Shown piece after piece: positions 12,538 through 26,129 of a stretch of DNA of 64,000 nucleotides (position 1 is its first letter; every line of letters starts with the position of its first letter). Origin of the DNA: the human T2T-CHM13v2.0 reference genome, Homo sapiens; the NCBI RefSeq assembly GCF_009914755.1, contig NC_060930.1; one strand, given 5' to 3'. Under the pieces are notes generated by a model, which saw only the letters and a list, made by a program, of their open reading frames with translations, had not been told where the DNA came from and ran no database searches. The translations under genes were made by a program, and so were the position numbers.

Positions 12538-14761
12538 CATATGCCGGTTTGTATGGATTCACACATATACACTTTTATTGCACAATCCCATGTGATGTAT
12601 TTAATAATTAGAAAAAACAAAATTATGTAAAATCTTCTTTCCTGTTTATGTCGTGATGCAGAGGCAAAATAACAGCATCATAATCAATAATTTACCAAGG
12701 ATTTATCTTTTATTTTAATCAAGTGTTTACTAAGGTAGATTTTTCATATCCATGCCTGTGATTTTATTTCAGCTAGGTGTCCAATACTTGAGAAAGTTAA
12801 GACCTTATCATTCAAAAGCAAGCAAGTGGAACAAAAAAAAAAAAAGAAAGAAAAAGAAAGAAAAAAAGGCCTTATCTTAATTCTAAAAAATATTTTGCAG
12901 TACAATGTATTATTATTATTTAATATGTTATTTTATTTAATTTGGTAAAAAGTGAAAACACTCAAATCATAGTCAAACATGATGGATCACACAAAGAGTA
13001 ATAAGAAACTGAATTGTAAGTAACAGGTAATATTAGTAAATTAAACCTCATGGAAACTTAATAGAAGCAAATTTGTTTCCTATTGGATTTTCCAATACTT
13101 TTGCTGGTACCTAACATGCTCACAGGGAAAAACAAATTTAGTTTAAAACTTTATGAACAGGAAAAAATGTCCAAATATATGAGAATTAAAAATATGTATC
13201 CATCTGTTTTAAAAGATATAGAAATACTACATGTAGATTCTGCATGTGCAAAGCTAACTAGAACAGTTCTCCATCCTGGAGATAAAAACAGATACAGTAA
13301 AATATGTTAAGTGATAAAAGAGTACTTAGCCTATTATAGGAGTTCAGGGAAGCCATGCTGGGGAGATGATGACAAGCTGAAATCTTAAAGAATGTGTGAG
13401 ACCGTAAAAACACACAATATGAAGTTTATAATATAACAGTATGAAGTATTTGGGAAATTCATAACAAAAACAATATTAAAGAATACATGAAAGTACAGAC
13501 ATAGGTAATTATGTGTCATTTTCTCCTCTTATATAAAGAAAATCTAAACTTGTGGCAGGACAAAAGCTTATCTCATGTCTAGATGCTGGTGTGCTCACCT
13601 CTTAAATATTTGTAATATTTATTTTAAGTGTAGTCAGAGAATCTAGAGGCAGGAGGATTGGCAAGAATACAGTCGTTGCTGAAATTGTACACAGTATAGA
13701 GTAATCAAAAGTTATCCCAAAGAAAGGGCTAGTAAAAATCATTCCGTCTGTGACTTTCTACAGTTGATTATTGAACCATTCTAAGAAAGCACCCAAATGG
13801 AGAGTTTTGCTAAAACTCCTAATGTAGACTTACTACAGTAAAGATACTTTATGTATGATATATTCACCAGTTCAGTGACATTTCACACTATAAATTTCCT
13901 CATTTAATATGTCTCATTAACACAGATGCAGGACTCCTGAGCAATTTTCTAAGGATTCTCATACTCAAAAATAAATATTTAAACATTTCATTCTCCATAA
14001 TAACATTACCAAGTCACAAAAGTGTGGCCTGGTCAAATGATACTACGAAATACATCCCGCCTTTCGCAGTGAATCCTCAAAGATCCTTTTGGAATAAATC
14101 TCTACAAATTGTCATTTCTCCCAAACACTGAATTCTAACACTGAGAAAATTGCTAACACTTTATAAAATAAGAAATAATGTAGTACAGATGTGAAATAAA
14201 TCATTTCAAACATCAAACTTGATAGATCTCTTATTGTTCTTTTGGGGGTCAGGTGAGTTGTTTAATATCATTGAAGCATTTCAAGAAATAAGCAGGATTC
14301 TCTTAGATTTGCAGATAAGTATTAGAAATTGCTTCAGGTAAGAGGATCAAAGTGAAATAGAGCAGAGAGATAAAATGAGAGAATGATACAATGGATGTTA
14401 TTAGGTGATATGATTGAAGAAAGAAAAAGGAACCAGCGAGGGAATTAAAGAAAATGAACACAGACATATAGAAACATTCTACAGAGGACACAGAAAAAGT
14501 GAAAAGATGTGACAGCAACCTACACAAAGGACTAAAGAAAATGAAAATATAGAATATACTTTCTGGAAAGAAAAAGAAGGGAGGCCAATAATTGATTTTT
14601 AGGAAGAGAGAGGAGATAGCAGAAAGTGACACAGGGTGATCCCAGGAAATGGAAATCATAGGAAATGGTGAAAGAGCAGTTCAGGCATGCTTGTAAATTT
14701 GGCCTTCAGTGTTATAGGTAACCTCCTGAATGTGGTAAATATTAGATTCAAAGTTCAGTAC

Positions 14762-14878
14762 CTTAGCTTTATCTCTCATTGATCCTTTGCCCAGGATAGA
14801 CATTTTAGCACCTGTTTCTTCCTGTAGCCTCTTCAAGGAGTTTCCTCTTGGTCCAAGCAATTTCCCCACAAAATTGAA
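14762..14878 (-). CDS. KHDRBS2: Internal coding exon (probably exon 3, ~aa 74-112) of KH domain RNA-binding STAR protein SLM-1
   Basis: Minus-strand acceptor ttttgtttcctAG (AG at 14880-14879) and donor AAG|GTACTG (GT at 14761-14760). 117 nt = 39 codons [39 protein letters not shown] with KH GPRG loop. GPRGNSL plus ETGAKMSI distinguishes KHDRBS2 from KHDRBS1 (GPQGNTI..KISV) and KHDRBS3 (ETLTKMSI), from recalled paralog sequences. Confidence 0.95.
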
Positions 14879-15001
14879 CTAGGAAACAAAATCAATAGAA
14901 TGTCTGTTTTAAGGTACAATAAAGTGATTATTTGCACCAAGAGTAATTGATAGGTTATAGGTTTTTCAAACTTTACCACTGAGAAGAGAGTCATGCCATA
15001 A

Positions 15002-15005
<4 letters not shown>

Positions 15006-15043
<38 letters not shown>
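15006..15043. repeat. (AC)19 microsatellite, read as (UG)19 in the KHDRBS2 pre-mRNA
   Basis: Direct reading; ~130-165 nt upstream of the exon acceptor. Confidence 0.95.
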
Positions 15044-15047
<4 letters not shown>

Positions 15048-15649
15048 CCCAAACCATTTCAGATATCTAATCTAACACTCATTTTAAAAGCTATATCTCT
15101 TCTTAAAAGAATGCCAAAGTGAAAAGTATGTTGAAAATATCATTTACATATATAATCAAATGAATCATTTATTAAGGAAAGAAACTAAGGACAATCATGC
15201 TGGTTTACAGAATTTCTAAAGGCTTTTTCTCTCAAACTATATTATTGAAATAAGAGATGATTTTAACATAAGTCTATGAACCTTCAAAATTGTAAAAGTT
15301 TGCAATCAATATTTTAAAATCGATGCTTTAAATTAGTATCTAAAATAAAATTTGATATTCAAGTTTGTTAAGCATTGTCTGGTGACCATAACTTTCTATT
15401 ACAACTTTCATAATCAGGAATAAAGGGACTCAATTATTGTTCAATCTTACATTGTCTATATTAAAGAGTTGTTTTAGTAAATAAAAGATATGAGCACATA
15501 AAAGTTAAAAAACAGTACTTATAAAGCATATATACAAAACACTTTGTCGAAATAAAAAATTCTGGGGTTCCACATAATTTGCTTAATCATCTTGAAACAT
15601 AAATAAGAACAAGTGAACTAAGAGCAGTTACGAAAGCATTTATGTTAGC

Positions 15650-18160
15650 TACTAAAAGGAACATTTCCAAACCAAATGACCGAGGTAATAATTTGTGCCA
15701 TAATTCGTCGATTAAACTAAAAATACAAAGAACATAGAATGCACCAAAAACTATCTTGGGAACATAAAGAACAATGATAAGTAAGACTAAGTAAAATTGC
15801 TTTCTATATCAGAGATTTTCTTTCCTTCTCTTTTCTTTTCTTTTCCTTTTCTCTTCCCTTCTCTTCTCTTCTCTTCTCTTTTTTCTTTCTGCCATAATCC
15901 CTCAGTAAGAAATACACCATAGTTAATGGTATAAAACTCAGTTTTTTTCCCAAGTCCAGAATAAAAAGAAAGATGTCTGCTCTTACCCCTTTTATTCAAT
16001 TTTTTTACGGGAGTATGGATTGTTGTACGTATAGGTAAATAGATATGGTATGGTATAATGCCCAAAAAGACTATACATAGGTGGTCAATTTATTGTCAGC
16101 AAAAGTGTCAAAGCAACCAAATTTGAAAAGTAAAGTGTTTTCAACAAATGGTAATGAAACAATTGAATATCAGTATGAAAAAGAACAAAACAAAACAAAA
16201 AAGGAAACAAAAAAAAACTTTCATGACCTCTTTCACACGTAGGCAAACCTTATTTTGAGATCGATCATAGAACTATATGTGACAACTAAAATTATAAAGA
16301 TTCTAAGAAGAAAGCATTAGAAAAACCTTTGTGAACCTAGGCTAGGAAGAGATTACTTAATTAGAAAGCAAAGAGCACCAAAAAAAAAAAAATCCCTAAT
16401 GTATCAGTGATGATAAGCTTTTATTCATATGTTCGTTGGCTACATAAATGTCATCTTTTGGGAAGTGTCTGCTCATATACTTCACCCACTTTGTGATGAT
16501 ATTTCTTTTCTCTTGTAAATTTGTCTTTTCTGTTCCTTGAAGATTCTAGATATCAGACCTTTGTCAGATAGGTAGATTGCAAAAATATTCTCCTGTTCTG
16601 TAGGTTGCCTGTTCATTCTGTTGATAGTACCATCTTATGCCAGTTAGAATGGCAATTATTAAAAAGTCAGGAAACAACACATGTTGGTGAGGCTGTGAAG
16701 AAATAAGAATGCTTTTATACTGTTGGTGGGAGTGTAAATCAGATCAAACATTGTGGAAGACAGTGTGTTGATTCCTCAAGGATCTAGAACCAGATATACC
16801 ACTTGACTCAGCAATCCCATTACTGGGTATATACCCAAAGGTCTACAAAGCATTCTACTATAAAGACACATGCACACTTATGTTTATTGCAGCACTATTT
16901 ACGATAGCAAAGACTTGGAACCAACCCAAATGCCCATCAATAACAGACTAGATAAAGAAAATGTGGCAGCACATATACACCATGGAATGTTATGCAGCCA
17001 TAAAAAAGGATGAGTTCATGCCCTTTTCAGGGACATGGTTGAAGCTGGAAACCATCATTCTCAGCAAACTGACATAGGAACAGAAAACCAAATACTGCAT
17101 GTTCTCACTCATAAGTGGGAGTTGAACAATGAGAATACATGCACGCAGGGAGGGGAACATCACACACCAGGGCCTGTGGGGGTAAGGGGAGGGATATCAT
17201 TAGGAGAAATACCTAATGTAGATGATGTGTTGACAGGTGCAGCAAACCACCATGGCATGTGTATACCTATGTAACAAACCTGCACATTCTGCACATGTAT
17301 CCCAGAACTTAAAGTTAAAAAAAAAAAGGGGGTGAGAAAAAAAAGCCCTACTGATGCAAACACTCATTAAAAAATTGAATAGATAAGCCACAGGCTGAGA
17401 GAAAACACTCCTTACCTCTGAAAAATGACTAATATCTATAATCTATAAAGAACTCCATCGAATCAATGGTAAATCTCACACACACACACATATATACATA
17501 CCCCAGAATGGCTAAAACTAAAGGAAAACTCATGGTAAATGCTGATGAAGATGTGTAATTACTACTGCAATTGCTGTTGGCAGTTTAAAATGATACAGTA
17601 GTATCATTTTAAGACTGGCAGTTATTTATAAAGTTAAACTTACAGTTCCACTATGATCCAGTAATTCAACTGCTAAGTATTTATCCCAGGGAATTAAAAA
17701 CATATGTTCATAAAACAACTTGCACGTGAATGCTCATGACACTTTATTCACAATCACCATTAAGCCAGATGTAAACAAGTGCTCATCCTAGAAGTACGGA
17801 CAAACAAGTTTATATGTAAACAGAAAGAAACTAGCCACTGATTGACACAACAACCTGGATGTATCTAACAGACATTTGAGAAGCCAGATATAAAAGAATA
17901 CATTATGTTAGGTTCCACTATTACAAAATTCTAGCAGCAAAAATAATATATGGTGTTAGACTTCATAAGAGTGGTTGTCTGTTGAGAACAGAGCCTGAAG
18001 TTGAACTGGCTGGAAAGCGGCATGAAGGAAATATCTGGGGTGACAGAAATGCTCTATATTTGTTGGAGGTATAGGTATACTTTTATCAAAATTTATCAAG
18101 CTGCACTCTTAGGAACTATTATTTCATTGTATGCAAATAGCATTTTAATTGAGAATGTGA
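15650..18160 (+). mobile_element. Old L1M (L1MC/MD/ME-like) ORF2 3' part and 3' UTR, interrupted by a pyrimidine-rich simple repeat (~15820-15890) and a younger L1PA
   Basis: gtgttttcaacaaatggtaatgaaacaattgaatatc; ctatgatccagtaattc; tctggggtgacagaaatgctctatat. Confidence 0.7.
16397..17330 (+). mobile_element. L1PA7/L1PA8-like element with 5' inversion (16397-16628 inverted, 16629-17330 forward)
   Basis: The minus-strand ORF2 segment abuts forward accatcttatgccagttagaatggc. 3' UTR gtagatga...gcagcaaaccaccatggc...cccagaacttaaag plus A tail. Imperfect candidate TSD A7(t/g)cccta(a/c)tg. Confidence 0.85.
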
Positions 18161-18212
18161 AAAACAAAATGAAAGAATAAAAACTCATGTAAAATATTTT
18201 TGAAATAACATC

Positions 18213-20025
18213 ATAGTTTCTGTTTTTACATTTAGGTCTCATCCGTTTTCGGTTATTTTTTGCATATGATATATAATAAAGGTCCAATTTCATTATTTTG
18301 CATATAGAAATCCAGTGTTTTTTTAGCACAATTTATTGCAAAGATTATCCTTTCCTCATTGTGTTCTATTGGTGCCCTTATAAAAAAAAATCAGTTGGCT
18401 GTATATGTTTAGATTTATTTCTGAGAAAACATAGGTTCAAAACCTCTGAAGGCTGGCCTTGGTAAAGAATTTTTGGATGTCATACCAAAAGCTCAAGCCA
18501 CAAAAGCAAAAACAAATAAACGGGACTACATTAAACTAAAAAACTCCTTCAGAGCAAAGGAAACAATCGCCAAACTGAAACAACAGCCTCTGGATTGGGA
18601 ACAAAAGATATTTGCAAAGCACACATCTATTAAGGGTTATTATTCAAAATTTATAATGAATTAAGACAATTCAATGGCAGAAAAACCGATTTAAAAATGG
18701 GCAAAAGATCTAAATAGACACTTATAAAAAGAAATAAAAATAAACAACAGGTATATGAAAAGATGCTCAACATCATTAATCATCAAGAAAATGCAAATCA
18801 AAACCACTACGAGATACCACCTCAACCTCATACTTATCAGGATAGCTATTTCCAAAAAGTCAAAAGATACCAAATTTTTACTTGAGTGAGCAGAAAAGGG
18901 TATTTTTTGTAGACTGCCCATGGGAATGTAGATTGGTATACCCAGTACAGAAAATCCTATGAAGGTTTCTAAATAAATTAAAAATAGAACTACTATATGA
19001 CCCAACAATCCCTCTCCTGGGCATATACCCAAAGGAAATAAAAATCACCTTGTAAAGATACCTGCACTTTAATGTTTATTGTAGCATTATTCATGATACT
19101 AAAGATATGGAAACAATCTAAGTGTCCACTGACAGACAAATGGATAAAGAAACAATATAGTGGAATATTATTCAGCCTGAAAAACAATGAGACCTTGCCA
19201 TTTTTGCCACAATGTGGAGGAGCTTGGAGGACAATATGTTAAGTGAAATAAGCCAGACACAAAAAGAAAAATATGGATGATCTCATTTATATATGGAATC
19301 TGAAAAAAAATACCAAGAAAATGAAACTGTTTACCATGGTTGGGGTGGAAATAAGGAAACGTAAGTCAGAGGATAAAATGTAGGAGATATGTAGGATGAA
19401 CAAGTCTAGAGACAGAGTGTACACTGGCAATCCTCAACCTTTTTGGCACCAGGGACCAGTTGCGTGGAAGACAATTTTTCCACTGGTGGGGGTGGGGGTG
19501 GAGGAGGGTGGGGGTTGGGGTGGAGGAGGGTGGGGGTGTTTTGAAATAAAACTGTCCACCTCAGATCATCTGGCATTAAGATTCTCATAAGGAATGCAAA
19601 ACCCAGATCGCTTGCATGTGCAGTTCACAATAGGGTTCCACTCCTGTGAGAATCTAATGCCAGGGTTGATCTGACAGGAGGTGGAGCTCAGGCAGTAATG
19701 GTAATGCTGGCTTGCTAGCTGCTGACCTCCTGCTATGTGGCCTGGTTCCTAACAGGTCACAGACCAGTACAGGTCTGAAGCCCAGGGATTGGGGACCCCT
19801 GGTGTACACAATGTAGACTATAGGTAATAAAATTGTTCTGTATTTGGATTTCATCCTAAGTAGATTTTGGCTGCACTTGCCACAAAACCTAAAAAAATAA
19901 TGGGTAACTGCGAGATGATGGATATGTCAGTTTGCTTCACTACAGTAAACATTTTGCTCTCTATATTATCCCATTACATCATGTTGTATACCTTAAATAT
20001 ATACAATAAAATGTATTAAAAAATA
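18213..20025 (+). mobile_element. L1MA (MA6-8-like) element with 5' inversion (18213-18423 inverted), interrupted by MER1
   Basis: The inverted ORF2 piece ends ...gacctaaatgtaaaaacagaaactat on the minus strand; the forward part resumes agaaaacatagg ~12 nt later in consensus. L1MA 3' UTR. Candidate TSD aaataa(c/a)atca at 18203-18213 and 20021-20031. Confidence 0.8.
19425..19801 (+). mobile_element. MER1B-like hAT-Charlie DNA transposon
   Basis: TIR-like ends tggcaatcctcaacc / gattggggacccctg; perfect 8-bp TSD GTGTACAC at 19417-19424 and 19802-19809. Confidence 0.9.
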
Positions 20026-21304
20026 AAATCAGCATAAAATCATAATGAAATGTACTATAAAGAAATACCAGTCCCATTAGTTGCACAAAGGGATCTCTCT
20101 AGACTTATAGGAAATGTATCATTCCAATCTATGCACCAGAGAAAAAAATGGAGAAATATCCAAGAACTCAGCAGGAGAATATAACCTTCATACCAAAACC
20201 AAATCAGAAAAGGAAATGCATAGACCAAAGCCACTCATAAAAGAAAAAAAAAATGACATGAAAAAACCCACTTGGCAAAATAGTATCATAGCTAAGTCCT
20301 GTTGTATGTACAAAATACATCATGATTGAGTTTTATTTATCATAGGTATACAAGTATTTTAAGATTTATAACCTCTAATTGTAATTTACCCATTAACAAA
20401 TTAATGAATAAAAAGGCTAGCATTTTATTTGTTTGGAAAAATGATTTGATAGAATTTAAACTTAATCATTATACAAACTCACATCATCTGAAAAACAAAG
20501 GAAACATCATCAGTCAATAGAAGGCTTCTATTCAAAATTCATAGGAACAGTAGATTTACTGATTTAAAAAATCTTAAACAAGGTAAAGATGCACATTCTT
20601 GACACTTTATTCAGCACCAACGACTCAAACAATCTACTAAGACAGATAAATATTATAAATATCAGAAAGTAAAAAAATGCCATTTATATAATTATATACA
20701 TAGAAAACAAAGTGTTTTCATAAAAATATTAGAATTAGTAAGAGAGCTTAGCAAGGTGCTGTTATACAAAAAAGGTTAATTGTATTTTTGTATGCCAGCA
20801 GCATATAATTAGAGAATTTTTTTAAAGGAGATACCATTTATATAGGAATTTTAAAAACTAGATTTTCTAGAAATAAATTTAGCCACAGATGTTCAAACCT
20901 TTACAGAACATGTATAAAATACATTTTGTTGAGAGATATATTGTGTTCATAAATAGGAACTCCCAATGGCGTATAGATTTCTAGTCTTCTAAATTTCATC
21001 TGCATATCCAATGTAATTCTAATTACAATCACCATAGGGTTTGGATCAACTTATTAGTTGGTCCTAAAATTTGTTTAAAAAAGTGAAAGTCCAAGAAGAG
21101 CCAAAACCATTCAGAAGCAAAAGAACAAGTCAAGAACTATTCCTTCCACATATCAAGATTCATCATAAACCTGTGTTAATTATGACAGTATGAAGCATCC
21201 AGTCCTGGGGCACAGATAGACAAATAGAGCAATGGAATCCAGAATCCATTAACAGACTCCTGTGTATGTTAAAATGACATTTGACAGAGGTAGTGTTACA
21301 GATC

Positions 21305-21790
21305 ACTGACTGAATAATGGTCCCCTAAAGATGTCCATGTTCTAATACCAAGAATCTGTAAATATGTTACCCTACATAAGAAACTATATGGGTGTGATTA
21401 AATTAGAGATCTTGAGATGAGGGATTATCCTGGATTACCCAGCTGTGCCTAATGTCTTTTTAAAAGAAAGAAGGAGGCAGCAGGGTCAGAGAAGGAGATG
21501 TGATGGCAATAGCATGGGCTCGAGGGATACAATTGCTGGCTTTGAAGATGAAAGGAGGCCATGAGCCAAAGAATGAAGGCAGCTTCTATTAGGTGGAAAA
21601 GTCAGGGAGCAGATTCTCCCCTAGAGCCTCTTAAAGGAATGCAACCCTGCAGACACCTGGATTTCAGCTTCAAAGAAATCATTTCAGACTTCTGAACTCC
21701 ACAACTGTAAAATAATGAATTTGATTTGTTTTAAGCCATGAAGTTTAAGTTTGTGGTGATTGTTATAGAAGCGATAGGAAACTAAAATAC
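21305..21790 (+). mobile_element. MaLR solo LTR (MLT1D-like)
   Basis: gaataatggtcccctaaagatgtccatgttctaat...gggattatcctggattacccag...gattctcccctagagcctc...ataggaaactaa. Confidence 0.85.
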
Positions 21791-22557
21791 TAAGGAAAGA
21801 AGGAGCTACGTAATATATAGCATAATAGGCTATCCATAGTAAGAGAAATAAAATTAATTCCTACATCATAACAGAAAAACTAAATTCTAGATGGTTTATA
21901 GACTTAGATGTGAAATATAAAACTTTAGAACTTCTAGAAGAAAATTTTCTAATATTTTTAAAATGATGAAAATACAATAACTGTAAAATAAAATTTGATT
22001 AAAATTAAGAATATCTGCTTGTGAAAATGCACCACAAAGTAGGTGAAAACATAAATCACAAATCTGAAGATGGTTGACATTACATGTTACCATTAAAGCA
22101 GTAGTTTACAAAAACAAATATAGAACTAAGGAAAAGAAAAAAGACTTAATAGATAAAGGATAAAGTCATAAATGTGTCATTGAAGGAGGAATGGGAATGG
22201 AAAAATCTTATGAGAAATTCAATCGCATTATAATTTAAACAAATCAAATTTAAGACCATGATGACATAATTTTACACACACTATATAAGAGGTCTATGAC
22301 TATGAAGAGGTCAGACATCAAGCATTGGCCAGAGTGTGGAGAAACATGTACTTATATACGCACCTGTGGGAGTGTAAATGAATACAACCATAATGGCAGT
22401 GTCTTGTCAATCTGTAAATCCATTTACCTTATGCCTCAGCAATCTCATTCCTAGATATATCATCCAGAGAAATCTTGGCACATGTACAAGAGTATTCAGT
22501 CTCAATCCTTGCAAGAGCAAAAATAGTGGGGAAAAATGATGATAAATTCAAGAATAG

Positions 22558-23074
22558 TGTGTTGTCAACTCCACACCATAACCAGCATTTTTATGTCTCA
22601 AAACAACTTTTCAGATCCCTTTCCACGTAGGTTCACTTTCGTGGTGGGTTTTGTCAATATCAAGAAGTTGCATCACATTTGGAAGACGGACATGAATTGG
22701 AGTCCATTATTCCTCGCAAGTCATAGAGATCAGACGTGGTGCTCTGCTGACTTCTATGTGAGTGCTCACTCCGTGGATGTGGCAGCCCCACAGACCTGTC
22801 CACAAATTCCCAGTTCTTGGTCTTGGCAAGTTTTGCAAATCTTTCCTCAAACTTCCAGTCTGTGATCATGACAGGCTTCATAGAATATCCTGGAGCTCTG
22901 GTTTCTCCCCTGTGCTCTGAGGCTTTAGGCTCCCATCTTTACGGCCTGTTGGTGGAACTTTCCTGAAGACCTTTCCTTCATCTCTTCCCACAGTTATATT
23001 AGCCTTGAATTGTGGGTTATAACTATTAAATATAGAGTGGCTTTTGTTTGCCTGTCAGAATCATGACTGGTACA
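22558..23074 (+). mobile_element. ERVL-type solo LTR (LTR16/LTR33-like)
   Basis: TG...CA ends; terminal agagtggcttttgtttgcctgtcagaatcatgactggtaca; interrupts the L1M. Confidence 0.5.
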
Positions 23075-25849
23075 AATGAATAAATAAATTGTGACATATT
23101 ACTATGAAATATTACAGATCAGTAAAGATGAATTACTCATAACTATATAAAATTTCATTAATCCTAGAAATAAATTTTTGATTGAAAATTCATCTACACA
23201 TATAACGCTTTACATAAAACTCATAAACAAGTAAAATTAAATAATATTCTACTATGAACACATGCCTATGTAGCAAATACATTTCTTAAATAACAGGGAT
23301 AATAATAAACACAAAATCCATGATCTTGGTAATCTCTGGGAATGGGGAATAGGGGACATGATCAAAGAAAGACATAAGGTATTATAAAGCAAAGGGTGAT
23401 ATTTTAGACTTTGGTTTAACTTATGGGTTCAAGAGTGTTCATTTTATTTTGTTTTATACTCCACACATGAAAGTTAAACATATTATGTTGGATGTATTAA
23501 ATATTATGTAACTTTTAAAAATTAAGAACAATTCAAGTTGAGTTAAATGTCACTGAACTTCTCTTTCATATTATGTTACAAAACCTTCTTTCCCCTTTAT
23601 TGATGACAGTAAAACATCAAACTCAGAAATACCAAGTCATCCAAAGTGATGTCTCCACCAGGAATGCTTAAGACTATGAAAAGAGAAAATTTCACACAAT
23701 CCCGGCTGAGGACAGATTATTGACAGAATAAATATGTGGTACTTACTTTCAGAATTTTCTATTCTCTGCCTTGATTCTTGCGACACATTTCCCAACACTT
23801 CTATTTCAATAGTTATTTTATTTTTAACCAATAATCAAATTGAAACCAAACTGTGAAGCTGAAAAAGAATCATGCCCTTAAATTCTTTTACACACTCTGT
23901 TAAAATAGAACACGAAGAGCCAGTAGAATGAAGATGTTGTATAATCAGAGACTGAGTTTCACAAAGTGAGAGAAAGTTGGCTTTTATGAGCAACATTAAC
24001 TATATAAAAGTATTTTAAGTAAGCAACTTTTCTTTTAATGTGCATGTTTTAAAATTTATAAAAGTACAATCTACCATTTGCTCTTGCTCAAAAGTATTTA
24101 CCTGTCACAGTTTAAGTCTATTTATGTGATTCTATCCCTGCCACAATTTCTGAAGTTTTTGGAGACAACACTCTGGAAAGGCTCAGAAGGCTTTTCCATG
24201 AAAGATCAGATACCATTTCTATTTGAGATTTAAAGTATTAGAAAAAAAAAGTAATCACTAAGCTGGTTACATATTTCTGATGCTGTTCTTAGTTCTTGGA
24301 AATTTATTTTAAGATAAACTGAAACTAGTCAACACAAAAGTTGTTCTACTAAGATTTTTTTCCACTTACTTTCAACCTATACTCAGTTCCCCTTCAAACA
24401 AAACCAATTGACATAATCATGACAGGTGAATTATCAGTTCACAGTCAGCAATTGGTTCTAACCTTTTCTTTCAACCTCTTTTGAAGACAGAAAATAAATC
24501 AAACACTACACACCAGTGTCTTCAATATTTAACCATAATTTAGTAACTTAGAAATGTCTAAGATTCTTAAGGCTTAGCAGAGTGAACACAGCTGTGTTTT
24601 CAGTGGATTAAATATCTTCAAATAATTTCAAGGTATTTTATTCACACGTGTTTAAGACAATTAAATTTGTATAAGTCAAATTCATTTATGCTTGTCATTA
24701 AACAGTTGTTTTGTAATAACATGTCTATTAACCAAAATAATATATTTCAATGGATTTGAAAAGCAACAAAACATAATTGGTGGCAAAACGAGTGATTATC
24801 ATAAGTGTCAGGCCATTTTAAGAAAAATATTTTAGGGACATTTTTAACATAGTTTACCCAACAACAGTTTAAAATTAAGTCACATCAATAATATTGGGCA
24901 TATATATTTTTAAATTCTTCATTATTAACATTATTTCATTAATACATTAAAACATCTTTTCTTTTTTTACACGTGGCATTTTTCTGGTCACATGTTTATA
25001 AACTAATTCCATCAAGTCTGTCCTTTCTCAAATAAGATAGGCAATACAACTACTCTTTCACTTTTTATGGGCACTGAAACTGTATCTGCTATGTGATGCA
25101 AGGCCAGTGTTGCTCACTGGCATCACCTGTGAAGAATTCCTGAACAGCCAATCTCTCCTGCAGAGAGAATTCTTCATTTTTCATTTGATACAGCTGGTCT
25201 TGAATTCCATCATTCGTTGATACTCAAATTCCTTTTGTCCTAACAATTGAAAATATTGGAATGTTACTTTCACGTCCATCATATTCCTGATTTGGGGATG
25301 AATCTCCTTTTTAATCAGTGGGAATTCACACAGCGACTGTTCTGTGCTTTGGCAACTCAACATTAAATCATACTTTAGTGCTCTATCCTTGTGTTTGTTG
25401 CCATTAAAACAAATTAAAGCAATCTAGGGCAGATTGCACTAAGTGGGACCGTAGACACAGATCAAAAATATTCTTCTTGTATAAATAGAGAGGAAATGAC
25501 AACATTTCAGGTATTCATAGTACCAATCATCAAAAAACATTGGTGAGCAAGAGAATAGTTTTATTAGAATAGAGTAGAACATTATTTTATTCTATTGCAA
25601 AAATATCAAGCTATGCCTGTAAAATTAATTTCATTTGGAATTTACAGAGGTTTCTACCAAAGAAAACCAATCCCAGTGTAGCAAAATAGACAATGATGAG
25701 TATTGAAGAAAACAGAGAAGAAAAGCAGAATGATTTAGAATTAACCATTAAAGCTAATATCAATATATTACCACAAATATAATTTATTCAATGGACATAT
25801 TTGTATAAAATAAAATATGTAAAATTCATATAAAATAAAATCAGTTCAG

Positions 25850-26083
25850 TCACTCACAAGTAACCACATTTGCTTAGCACCTGAAACTTAGGAAACATAT
25901 GAAAGAACCAAATATAAATACCTCTTTCAGAAAACTTAGAACTCCACTGAGGGGAAAGGGGCTGTACATAAACAATTATATTGTAGTTTAAACAAAAAAC
26001 TAATAGTGCCATAGAAGCAGTACAGATTAAGTGCTATAGAATTCAAAGGAAGAAAAAATTATTTCCACATAGAAAAGTTAGGA

Positions 26084-26129
<46 letters not shown>

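Larger units (their letters stand above)
20040..23520 (+). mobile_element. Highly degenerate L1M (L1ME-like) ORF2/3' UTR, interrupted by two LTRs
   Basis: ggagataccattta; gatagacaaatagagcaatggaa; tgggagtgtaaatgaatacaacca; cctcagcaatctcattcctagatatatcatccagagaaat. Confidence 0.6.

Noticed and set aside
14681-14869. 62-aa standalone ORF or processed pseudogene of a STAR gene
   Set aside because: Homology starts and stops exactly at AG/GT sites, so it is a spliced exon; the ORF tail is intron read-through.
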